NCBI GenBank assembly: GCA_964016885.1
Contig: OZ024743.1
Coordinates: forward strand, 83,638,001-83,702,000
Direction of reading: 5' to 3'
Length of the DNA stretch: 64,000 bases
Source: Eledone cirrhosa
Taxonomy: Eukaryota
Part shown: positions 15,105-29,561 of the stretch, in pieces
Numbering within the stretch: position 1 is the stretch's first letter
Layout of the letters: every line of letters begins with the position of its first letter
The notes under the pieces: generated by a model
Told to the model about the DNA's origin: nothing
The model's database searches: none
The model's input: the letters and a program-made list of their open reading frames with translations, nothing else
Made by a program: the position numbers and the translations under genes

Positions 15105-15888
15105 TCTCACAACCTCCGTTTGAAATTGAGGCTAAATGAACACCTTTCCAATCTCGCAACATTTCTAAAAATATCTATCGAGAAGTTGGGTAGATTATAT
15201 ATATATTGAAAACCACACTATATGATAAAGTGAAAAAAGTTTGGATAATACTTTTCTGCGTAATTATAGTAAACTAATAACTAAATAGATTTGAGAATTT
15301 GACTGACAATATTTCAAAATATCTGCAGAATAGTTTAGTTTTACTCCGAGATTAACCAGCTATAGAGATATACTGCATTTTAACGTCGGTAAACAAACTT
15401 TTGAACAGCAAAATTGAACGTTCTCTATACTGTAACCATCGTTTGAAAACGACTTTTTCTTTTTTTAAATGCATATAATGTTACCTTTTTACACCACCGT
15501 TTGCAAATTTCTGTTTTATATGTTTATACACAAGATATGGCTTTCTATAATAATAGTACTAAACACTGTTTTCTGGACCCCTTTAGAAATAACCTGCTAC
15601 TATAATAGCCCCAATAACTTGTCTGTGACACTGTACCACTTTGACCCCTTTAACTAAATTTTGTCCGAACAACACCACTAGAATAATTTACTTCCCCCAC
15701 CAACCCTAACACGCCTCATTAAGCTAACTGCTGCCAAAACATTCTCTCCTTACAATCTCTACTAGTCTGACAGTCTTAAATCCTAAGAATCCCTCCACCT
15801 TACTCACTTCCCTCTTCCCCTTCTCTTCCTACCTCCTTCTTTATCTTTTATCTAGTGTATAAAATATTTTCATATCATTCCAATACAA

Positions 15889-16005
15889 AGGTCTGACGAC
15901 ATGGTGTGTCTGCTTACAGTGTACCTTCGGTTTATGATAATATTTTTATATTATTCAAATAGCGAGGTATAGGTAACCCATACACTATAGAAACAATTGT
16001 TACCT
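15889..16005 (+). ncRNA. Type I hammerhead in pseudo-LTR of a decayed PLE (~15200..16052)
   Basis: AGGU-CUGACGA-c-AUGGUGUGU..AUACACUAU-a-GAAAC-aauu-GUU-ACCU then AATAAA; upstream LLNSKIERSLYCNHRLKTTF resembles a GIY-YIG end. Confidence 0.75.
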
Positions 16006-16049
16006 AATAAATTCTGTTTACCCGCATTTCCATTTCATAAACTTCTTCT

Positions 16050-16099
<50 letters not shown>

Positions 16100-16101
<2 letters not shown>

Positions 16102-16737
16102 CAGAGTTATAACAGTTTTAATATAGATGAGATTCTACAGGACTAGAACTGTTTCATTCTTTAGAAATCATCAGGAATCTGGCTTTCCCTCGCCTCCTAT
16201 GTTTGGGACCTCAAAAGGAACTCCACCCCCTTCATGCTTCATTGGAAAATACTCCAGAAAGCGCGCTCATACAACGGAGGACACAAGTGCTGCGACCTTT
16301 GTATCTCAGAGAGCTACGAAATTTTATTTGCCAAGGGCTCGCTACTGAACAAACTCTCTGAACACTGCACGAACTGCATGCACAAAAACTTTGCAACTTT
16401 CAAATACCTTAAGCCAGTGTTAATGCCCGGTGGCTAAAAACGGCTTCCCCCTTTTTTTTTTTTTAAACGCCAGCTGACAAAATAGCCCCTCTACCTCCTT
16501 TCCACCCCACCCCTACTCTTCCTCAACCTGAAAAACACGGCACTATGGTTATGTAGGTACCTCTTACCTATCTGCATTTTCAGCTTGTAGAGGTGTTTTT
16601 ATGTGCCTGTGTATATTTATGAGTACATGTTTGTATGTATTTGTATCAGTGGCCGTTCGTTTGTATGCATATCGCTGTGTACGTGCGTTCACATGTACCT
16701 GCATTTGGGCATGTTTGTATATGTTTGTGTGTGTGTG

Positions 16738-16740
<3 letters not shown>
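16100..16740 (+). mobile_element. PLE insertion with 5' inverted pseudo-LTR fragment and GIY-YIG C-terminus
   Basis: ORF 16234..16437 WKILQKARSYNGGHKCCDLCISE..LLNK resembles 290..586; 16100..16180 is an inverted pLTR piece. Confidence 0.8.
16130..16180 (-). ncRNA. Type I hammerhead ribozyme
   Basis: AGAUUC-CUGAUGA-u-UUC/GAA-u-GAAACAG..CU-GUA-GAAUCU (6-bp stem I); related copies at ~25892..25940 (-), ~25950..25992 (+), partial 21859..21898 (+). Confidence 0.8.
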
Positions 16741-16772
<32 letters not shown>

Positions 16773-16809
16773 CTGTGTGTGTCTGTGTGTGTGTGTGTGT
16801 GTATGCATG

Positions 16810-16908
<99 letters not shown>

Positions 16909-17119
16909 ATATGTGTATGTATGTGTATATGTGTGTATGTGTATGTGTATATATGTATGTGTGTATGTATGTATATATATGTATATGTGTATATATGTGT
17001 GTATGTGTATATATGTATATATATATATATGTGTGTGTGTGTATATGTGTGTGTGTGTATGTATGTGAATGTATGTGTATATATATATATATATATATGT
17101 ATATGTATATGTTTGTATG

Positions 17120-17149
<30 letters not shown>

Positions 17150-17150
<1 letters not shown>

Positions 17151-17762
17151 GGTGTCAGGTCACCACTTGGTGCTACTGGTAACATGTATCCCAGTACAAC
17201 CTGTCCCATGGTCGGGTCGTTGGCGACTAAACTGGCAACCCCACCAAGGTTTCTTGGTGAGGAGGGTGACTTTGGACATCCTGCAGGACTAAAAACAAAA
17301 CCTGTCAAAGGGCAAAGGAGCTCTTAAGAGTCACTGGCCATCCAAAATCACTGGGAGAGATGACCCCTTAGCCTTTGTCAAGGCAGAATTCTAGGAGAAG
17401 GAAAACTCTGATATAACACCTGCAACCCTGATGGTATCCAATGATGTTGACTTGTTCTTCTTTTTGGTAAATATCATCTTGGTTAAGAGAGTGGGACTGG
17501 CTTTGTGCAGTGCCTTTGCTCACTATAAAAGCTTCACGGCACAGGCATTGCTTTATATCTGGAGATTTCTCTGCACTTGTCATCACATGGTACCATGGGC
17601 CCAGCACTATGTGTCAATAATTGTCACAAGTGTAGTGTTTGTACCAGAGTTTTCAAGTCGCTGGCTGGACTAAAAAGTCACACTCGTTCAGCGCATCGGT
17701 AGGGGTTCTCCTACATGGATATAAAGTAGTGGCCGTACTCGAAAACGAGTTGGCAGCCACCA
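17150..17762 (+). mobile_element. ~610-bp non-autonomous RTE-derived repeat (full copy)
   Basis: Same family as 11942..12557; 3'-end duplicate at ~17975..18055. Confidence 0.8.
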
Positions 17763-17790
17763 TATATATATATATGTATATATATATATA

Positions 17791-17857
<67 letters not shown>

Positions 17858-18061
17858 GTATGTATATATATATATATGTATATGTATATATATATATATG
17901 TGTGTATGTATATGTATATATATTTATATGTATATATATGTATGTATGTGGGTATATTTATGTATATATATATGTGGCTGAACTAAAAAGTTACACTCGT
18001 ATCCTACATGGATATAAAGTAGTGGCCGTACACGAAAACGAGTTGGCAGCCACCATATGTG

Positions 18062-18120
<59 letters not shown>

Positions 18121-18268
18121 AAGTGAGTCCTTCATCAGTGACCCTCCAACCGTCCCAGGCATTTCATCGCTTTAAGGGCCATATACCTCAGGTTGGTGCG
18201 AACAACGGCTAAAAAAAGTCGTTGGGACACGTAAATAAAGAGTACGTTAGGGTGAACAAATAAAATGG

Positions 18269-18314
<46 letters not shown>

Positions 18315-18319
<5 letters not shown>

Positions 18320-18576
18320 GTAAGCTATCGCCGTATTTTGACTAAAGATATTAAAGAAATTATTTAGCCTGATAGTGGGGTTAAGAACCCTCGGAGAAAT
18401 GGAAAAAGGTGAGTATTGACGTACATGTACGTCAATACACATCTTTTTCCATTTCTCCGAGGGTTCTTAACCCCACTATCAGGCTAAATAATTTCTTTAA
18501 TATCTTTAGTCAAAATACGGCGATAGCTTACATTTCTAATAATTTCAAACCCACTCGCTGTTTCGAAAATATTCTT

Positions 18577-18580
<4 letters not shown>
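18315..18580 (+). repeat. ~225-bp near-perfect hairpin element with short 3' tail, in (TA)n
   Basis: Palindrome centred on TTGACGTACATGTACGTCAA; copies at ~51836..52107 and partial ~56725..56880. Confidence 0.85.
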
Positions 18581-18616
<36 letters not shown>

Positions 18617-18690
18617 AACGAGTAGGACCCCGTAGACCCCACGAGTATGTATGTGTATATATGTATATGTATATATATGGATGTATATGT

Positions 18691-18740
<50 letters not shown>

Positions 18741-18749
18741 ATGTATATA

Positions 18750-18844
<95 letters not shown>

Positions 18845-18885
18845 GTGTGTAAGTGTATGTATGTGTGTATATGTATATATACGTA

Positions 18886-18980
<95 letters not shown>

Positions 18981-19013
18981 ATGTGTGTGTATGTGTATAT
19001 ATGTATGTATATG

Positions 19014-19051
<38 letters not shown>

Positions 19052-19065
19052 TGTGTATGTATGTG

Positions 19066-19172
<107 letters not shown>

Positions 19173-19278
19173 TTTTAATGTGATGAAATACCAATGACGG
19201 TTGGCAAATAACTGATGAGGGACTAATTTTATAATATGTAATCCATGTGCAACCATGCAGTATTCTTCTCCCCCTGTT

Positions 19279-19334
<56 letters not shown>

Positions 19335-19649
19335 TTATTAAAATAACAGATTAAAGTTTAAGCAAAGAATCGCTGCTTTCACCCTTAACGGGATCTTCTG
19401 AAACTAACAAAGTCAATCTGTAAACGCCGAACTGGATATTTCAAAAAACGTTGCAACCGGAGGAAGACAGGAAGACGATATATATATGTATAAATGTGTA
19501 TATATATCTATGTATGTGTAAGTATGTGTTATATATATGTGTATGAATGTGTGTATGTTTATGTATGTATATGTATGTGTATATATATAAATATATATAT
19601 ATATCGTTCTTGTTTTTGTTTTTGAGGCTCCAACGTAATTTTGTAAATG

Positions 19650-19691
<42 letters not shown>

Positions 19692-19792
19692 GTATATGTA
19701 TGTATGTATGTATGTGTATATGTGTATATGTATGTATATATATATGTATGTGTGTGTGTGTATGTATATGTATATATATATATGTATGTTGG

Positions 19793-19841
<49 letters not shown>

Positions 19842-20384
19842 CATTTACAAAATTACGTCTCATGTTTTTAATATATATTTACCTCGGCTACGTTTGTCTG
19901 TTTCTCTCTTACTGCTTCCCTGCTCTTTCTGTTTCTCTCACCTTCTTTCGCCCCCTCTGTCAGTTACACTTTCTCTCGACTGTCCTCTTCCTCACACTTC
20001 CACTCACTCACTCTCTGTTTCTCCCCTTCTCACTTCCTCCCGTTTGGCTTGTGTGGGTCTCTTCTTGCTCATATCTCACACACATCGACACGGTCTGTAC
20101 CTCTCTCGCTCATGAAATCCACCCAGTTTACGCTGACCGGACAACCATGTTGCTTGTTTATTTTTCTATCTTCGGTTTGCTTTTATCCTTCTATGTTGTT
20201 TACTTGTCCCGCTTTACGCGAATTACTGGTCCCAATAACTTTTTTTAGTTATTGCTCGCACCAACCTGAGGTATCTGATATTAAATGCGATGAAATACCA
20301 ATGATGGTTGGAAAATCACTGACGAAGGACTTTTTTATCATATGTAACCCATGTGCAAACCACGCAGTATTCTTCTTTCTTCTC

Positions 20385-20438
<54 letters not shown>

Positions 20439-20456
20439 TGTGTTTGTGTGTATGTA

Positions 20457-21859
<1,403 letters not shown>

Positions 21860-23795
21860 TTCTAAAGAATGAAACAGTTCTAGTCCTGTAGAATCTCATC
21901 TATATTAAAACTTTTATACTCTGCTATGTATTGAGTACCTTACTTATTGTGGTTACCTCCGATTCAACCCGGAATAACTTACCTATATATATATCATCAG
22001 AAAGAGATAAGCGGCGAGATTGTGCAATAGGAGGTATATAAATATTTATATATCAAAATTCCCTGGTTTTATTTTCTTCATAATTTGTTGAAATATTGTG
22101 TAAATGAAATTCCTGCAGAGAATATAGACTTCTTCATCAAAACGTCCGTTATTGGGTTCGCGAGGGAAATGATTGAAGTCACCGGAAATTCAATAACAAT
22201 ACACCAATGTTTGATAATATTCGATAATATTCCCAGAAAGATTAACAACCAATAAAACCAAGATGGCGATTTTGAAGTTATCTAATTGAAATACCGCCAG
22301 AAATATCATAAGCGTTTCTGCTTCAATGTGTTTCCTATAATATGATTAATGTGTATCTTAACAACTGACGCCACACATATAGAATGTTCCAAATGGCTCA
22401 AATTTTCATTATTGTCTCAATGGCAAGTAGCTCAAATAATGCGATATTTATTCTCCCTTCGTTTTTAACCTTTGATCTTTAATCATTTAATTCGTATCGT
22501 TTTATGAAATAATTGCTGTGGTTGTCGGTTCTATAGGCGGCGAATTGGCAGAGTCGTTAGAATAGTATTCGTTCTGGCTCTCTGCGTTCTAAGTCCAAAT
22601 CCCACCAAGGTTAGCTCTGCTTTTCATCCTTTGAAAGTCGATAAAAAATGTACTAGTCCAGTAATGGAATCGATTTTACCTCCATGTCTCTTTCTTACTT
22701 CTCTATCACATTCTTTCCTCCTCTGTGTTTAAACCTGATGTGAGATGAGCTCCGCCAGGTGCCCAAGAAACACTGTATGTCACTACGGCGCCCCTACAAT
22801 TCCACCAATGGTTATGGGTCTAAAGATTGAGATTGTTGTTGCTACTGTTCTTGATGTTGCTATTGTTTTTATTTCTCTAATTACTACAGCTATTACTGCT
22901 ACTGTTGTTGTTACAGTTGTAATTAAGCGCTATTTAATTCCTGTTCAAGAAAACCTAGGAGCAAAGGCAATCCATTCGTGACCATCCAGTGTTTTCTTTG
23001 GGCATAAGTCTATCTAGAACTACAGTATGTAATCTACCCTTCACGTTTTCATTAATACTGTAGGAGATTAGAGAGATTTAGGCTGCTATTTCCAGCAGGT
23101 CGAGCAACACTATATAGACCTTATGTGGTACTGCATAGTTGTTGTTGTTGTTTAGCCCTAGGCCAAATCTGATCGAGCAAATTCCATTTTTTTAGGGTAT
23201 GTTGGACGCCAATATTCAAGGGTTTTCTTTTCTTATTTAAGAGGGTAGGGTATGACTTAAAATCTAGCTGCTATTTCCAGCAATCAGATGCTTCCTAATA
23301 GACTTGTGTAAGAAATATAAATGGGTGAAGTGAAGGTCGCTGAATATGTTGTTTACTTAGGTGTTTCAATAGCTGAGATGTATGTATGTTTTTTAACACA
23401 ATATTATATTTACGTAGTTCAACAAAAAAAAACAACAACAAAAAAAACAACAAACAAGACGTCACCCATTTCTTCTTCAGATTGATGTCAAGTATTTAGT
23501 ACCTCATAACACCTGGTTACAGGAGTGTGAGCAAAATATGACACGTGATTGCAGAAATGTTTCGTTAAAAAAAACATGGCATCCAGCTGCAGAAGTATTC
23601 AGTACCTCATGACAGGAGAGTTTAGTAAAAGTTTAGTAATATGGAATCTAACTGCACAAGTGTTTAGTACCTCAAGACATTTGGCTGCAGACAGTGCAGC
23701 GACTGCTGACAACTAATGCTGTTGCCACCAACAACAATTTAACATTTACCAAAATAAAACAAGAGTTATCATGTCATACATACTTACATAAAGTC

Positions 23796-23836
<41 letters not shown>

Positions 23837-23871
23837 CACATATATACATATATACATATATTCATACATGC

Positions 23872-23976
<105 letters not shown>

Positions 23977-24204
23977 TGTGTGTATAGGTTTGACTACAAA
24001 AAATACTCGAGAATAGGTGGCTTAACATGCAGTGCATGTGGGAAGGTCTGTAAAATCTATTGGTGAATTAAAAACACAAGAGAATACACACGTCTGAGTG
24101 TGTACGTGCATGCATATGTTAGTGCGGTTATATATGTATATGTGTGGATAATTTTATCATATGTAACCCATGTGCAACCACGCAGTCTTCTTCTTTCTGC
24201 TCAT

Positions 24205-24252
<48 letters not shown>

Positions 24253-24349
24253 GATGTTCCCAAAAATGTATACACACTTTGATTACCTGTACAGGCAATA
24301 TATATATATATATATATTTGTGTTGGAGCTCTGAAATAGCGATGTATAT

Positions 24350-24760
24350 ATGAATGGACGTATTGTATAATATTTAATAATATACTGTATGTTTATTTAA
24401 AACATTTTGAAGACCTTTCGCTATGAAATTAAGGTAGTGACTATAGACACATACCTAGCTTCAGCAAAAACAAAGGGGAATAACCGACACGTTTCTCACT
24501 GTTTAGCGGTTATCAAGGTCATATATCTCTCTATTTTTGCTGTGATCTGTAGAAGGTGGATTCTTATAGAATACTAATTATATTTATGATCTGTTTAAAC
24601 TCATCAACATACTGAGCGTTTGTCGGCCCAACAACAATTAGAAATTTGTGTTGGAGCTATAGTCACTACCTTAAATTCATAGCGAAAGGCCTTCAAAATT
24701 TCAAAATTGTTTTAAAATAAACATACAGTTTATTATTAAATATACAATACGTACATTTAT
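24350..24760. mobile_element. Inverted-repeat PLE pseudo-LTR remnant
   Basis: ~24355..24445 inverted at ~24657..24755; GCUAU..AUAGC-GAAA-GGCC-UUC half-hammerhead with degenerate core. Confidence 0.55.
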
Positions 24761-24779
24761 ATATATATATATGCGTGTG

Positions 24780-24812
<33 letters not shown>

Positions 24813-25826
24813 AAAAGGTAAACAGAAATAACAACACAATCGGTACAATATATGGAAGAAATATATTAGGTTAACGCTTGAAATAGCAGGAAGAGGGTCT
24901 TAACGTTTCGGACGCTAGTCCTTTATCAGAAGAAAGAATGAGAAATAAGATAGATTGAGGGAACGTGTGAGTTGGAATTGGAAAAAAATGTCTTTAGATA
25001 AATATAACAGGTCCATTCATGTTGACAACTCTTGGAAAACTGTTGTTGCTGGCGTTTTGTGTATGATTATTTTTTGTTATTCTTTGAGAGGGTCATGCTG
25101 CCAATAAAAGCACACACACTAGTTAAGTTTCACTTCAATTTTTTAATTATAATTTCATTTCCCAGTCGGTTAGTCTAATAATCGGATGGTTGTTTAAATA
25201 TTGATTGTCAAACTTCTTTCGTCACACTTTCTGTGACCTCCTCGGTGTTACCATCTTGTGTAAATCAAAACAAAGAGGAGACACAAAGTAACAAAAGTAG
25301 TCGTTGAGGAGGTCACAAAATGTGTGACGAAAGAGCTTTGACAATCAACAATTAAACAAACATCCGGTTACTAGACTAACGAACTGGGAATTTATAATAA
25401 AAAAAATGAAGTGAAGCTCAACTGGTTGGTGTGGTTAGTAGCATGGCCCTCCCAATGTATATTATCTGCTTCAACACACGTTCTCACATAAAATCCTTGC
25501 AAAACAAATACAAATCCGAAGTACATATATGTGTGTGTGTGTGTGCGCGCGCGCGCGTATTATACGTGAGTATATGTGTATGCGTGTATGTGTATGTGCA
25601 TCTGTGTGTGCATGTGTGTGTGTATGTGCGTGTATGTGTGTATGCGTGTGTGTGTGTCTATTCACACGAGTACGTGAGAGACTGACGGAGAGACGGGGGG
25701 GGGGGGAATTTCTTAGATCAAAAACAATTTAAATCAAATTTAAATAATATATATATAAACATATATATATATTATATTTATACATATATATATATTGTAT
25801 ATATATCGTATATATATAATATATTT

Positions 25827-25888
<62 letters not shown>

Positions 25889-25890
<2 letters not shown>

Positions 25891-26075
25891 ATGAGATTCT
25901 ACAGGACTAGAACTGTTTCATTCATTAGAAATCATCAGGAATCTCATCCTGATGATTTCTAATGAATGAAACAGTTCTAGTCCTGTAGAATCTCATCTAT
26001 ATTAAAACTTTTATACTCTGCTATGTATTGAGTACCTTACTTACTGTGGTTACCTCCGATTCAACCCGGAATAAC

Positions 26076-26076
<1 letters not shown>
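25889..26076 (+). mobile_element. Fold-back PLE pseudo-LTR insertion with 3' tail
   Basis: ~50-bp arms around ATCTCA spacer; each arm carries the hammerhead core; tail shared with 21900..21983. Confidence 0.8.
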
Positions 26077-26113
<37 letters not shown>

Positions 26114-26124
26114 CGTTCATATTC

Positions 26125-26176
<52 letters not shown>

Positions 26177-26361
26177 ATAGTGGAATATGAACGATCAAAA
26201 TACAAGAGGCAATTGTACAAAGTTTTATATGTATATATATATATATATATATACATACATATATTTCAATGCATATTCCATACATACTTACATAGATCTG
26301 TACACATATGTGCGTAGATTGGTATCTATACAAACTGTACCACACAATCACATTCCTATCT

Positions 26362-26431
<70 letters not shown>

Positions 26432-26452
26432 ACACATACACACACACACACA

Positions 26453-26527
<75 letters not shown>

Positions 26528-26971
26528 CACGCACACACGCACACACACATACACAAATATATATACATACACACACACATACTTACGCGTGTCGTGTGAG
26601 TGAATTAAGTCTGTAAGACTGTATGTAGATGGGATGGTTAGACTCCTGGCATTGTAAACAAAATCTTAGAATATGGCATAATTTTTTTTTTCAGCCTCAA
26701 TATCAGCGTATGGGATGGGTTGTGAGTGTGAGGCTATGTGGGAAAGGGTGGGCTTGGATGGGTACATGAGGGAGGCGCTAATACTTCATTGCTCATTATT
26801 ACTTGAAGATAATATATTTGTGGAGAAACAGGAAATCACTTCGATTCGGACCAATGACGACACAGAATTTTTGAAAACTTCTCATACGTTTGAGCCAAGA
26901 ACTTGTTCGTACACATACGCCCTTAGCAGCTTATATATATATATATACACACATATATATATATATATGTG

Positions 26972-27009
<38 letters not shown>

Positions 27010-27150
27010 TATATATACATATGTAGGAGGTGAGTTTTATTGTAGTACAATAAAGCAATGCAGATATCGGATAAGAAGCACTCTACAGTTTGTAGGACTG
27101 GAGTATACATAATATATAAGAACAAAAGATGGTTAAAAGAGTTCCATGTA

Positions 27151-27217
27151 TTTTATTATGCGCATTTCAAAAACAAATATCATCATGCAATAATATTTGT
27201 GTTTTCATCAGATAAAA
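27151..27217 (-). ncRNA. Type I hammerhead in a spacer-less hairpin element (27020..27450)
   Basis: UUUUAU-CUGAUGA-long AU stem II-GAAAUGCGC-AUA-AUAAAA; stem III palindrome AUGCGCAU. Confidence 0.8.
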
Positions 27218-27631
27218 CAGGAAGACATGATATGAAGGTTAAAAAACACTTGTGGATAGTGCAGTTTTAAATCAACATATGTTGATTTAAAACTGCACTA
27301 TCCACAAGTGTTTTTTAACCTTCATATCATGTCTTCCTGTTTTAACCTTCATATCATGTCTTCCTGTATTATTGCATGATGATATTTGTTTTTGAAATGC
27401 GCATAATAAAATACATGGAACTCTTTTAACCATCTTTTGTTCTTATATATTATACATATATATATATATATATTTTTGTATATGTATATCTATATGTGTG
27501 TATATATATACACACATATATATACATACACACACATATATATATATGTATATATATATATACATACATATATATATATATATTTGTATATCTATATCTA
27601 TATGTGTATATATATATATATATATACATAT

Positions 27632-28321
27632 ATGAAGGACAACTTTTTCATATGTAACCCATTTGCAACGCCGCAGCTCCATTATTATCATATTTACACA
27701 TATATTTTTCCTCCGCTGCTACCCGTCTGTTTCGTTCTTTGTATCTTTACCCTTTCTAGCAGTCTCTCTCTCTCTGTTAGCCTCTTCCTCACCTTTCACT
27801 CACTCACTCTCTGTCACTACCTCTCCTCCTCCCCTTTCTTCCCGTTTGACCTGTCCGTAATCCTTTTCTCGCGCGTACTTGGCCAAGCCGGTATGAATTT
27901 TTTTTCTCTCTCTCTCGTCTGCGACTTCACAGAACTTATGTTTACCGAATTCGCAGACCAGACCCCTTCTTCCTCCCGTTAGACCTGTGCGAAATTCCCT
28001 CCTTGCTCACATTTCAACCAGGTTTGATGGTCTTTATTCTCTCGTTCACGATTCCACCGAATTTATATTCATAGAAATCTGGGACTTGTTTCTTTCTTCT
28101 TCATCACTTTCTGTTGCTTAAACCATTTTGTTTGTTTACCCTAGCGTCCCCTTTATTTACGTGTCCCGACGACTTTTTTTAGCCGTTGCTCGCACCAACC
28201 TGAGGTATATGGCCTTTAAAGCGACGAAATGCCTACGACGGTTGGAAGGCCACTGATGAAGGACAACTTTTTCATATGTAACCCATTTGCAACGCCGCAG
28301 CTCCATTATTATCATATTTAC

Positions 28322-28322
<1 letters not shown>
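27632..28322 (+). mobile_element. 624-nt non-coding monomer with 67-nt terminal direct repeat, in (TA)n
   Basis: 27632..27698 = 28256..28322; relatives at 10594..10700, 18125..18270 (-), 19180..19283, ~19860..20390, 24143..24208. Confidence 0.75.
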
Positions 28323-28352
<30 letters not shown>

Positions 28353-28372
28353 CACATATATATATATATATA

Positions 28373-28462
<90 letters not shown>

Positions 28463-28466
<4 letters not shown>

Positions 28467-28657
28467 AACGAGTAGGACCCCGACGGCTGAGCTCAAGCCG
28501 GTTCGACGGCTAATTCTGAGTCCAGAATTAGCCGTCGAAACGGCTTGAGCTCAGCCGTCGGGGTCCTACTCGTTCCTATTACCCACTCTACTACCCTAAG
28601 TATTGAGTACTTTGGTGCGTTATGGTCCACCTGGTTCCTTACCACATTTCCTTCGTT
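28463..28657 (+). mobile_element. Fold-back half-hammerhead element with ~80-nt tail, in (TA)n
   Basis: GAAACGGCU..AGCC-GUC-GGGGUCC preceded by its own reverse complement; family copies 53645..53841 (+), 57162..57343 (+), 62271..62477 (-). Confidence 0.8.
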
Positions 28658-28677
28658 ATATATATATATATATATAT

Positions 28678-29199
<522 letters not shown>

Positions 29200-29561
29200 T
29201 ATATATATATATATATATGTGTGTATGTATGTATATATGTATACATATTCATACATACATATATGAGGCTGAATATTTTCGCTAAAAGTTTCAGATGCTG
29301 AAACCATCTTGTTATTCGGACGCCTCAAACATTGATGACGTTCTTACAATCAAATGGTTTTTGGCACTTGTGAAACTTTTAATACGGCAAAACTGAATCA
29401 AACTGAGACCAGCTTTTTCGCTTTCTCTCTTTCTCTCTCAAGAAAGAGAGAGGGGGAGAGAGGGGGGAAAAGCACGCGCGAGAGAGAAAGAGGTTGAGAG
29501 TGAGAAGTAATGATGCTGAGCGATAATAGGCAAACAGATAGATAAATATATATAAATATAT

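Noticed and set aside
28195-28245. SECIS-like element (UGA..AAA..GA)
   Set aside because: Helix II not conserved in the ~20260 copy; no in-frame UGA seen in the PLE linker I translated
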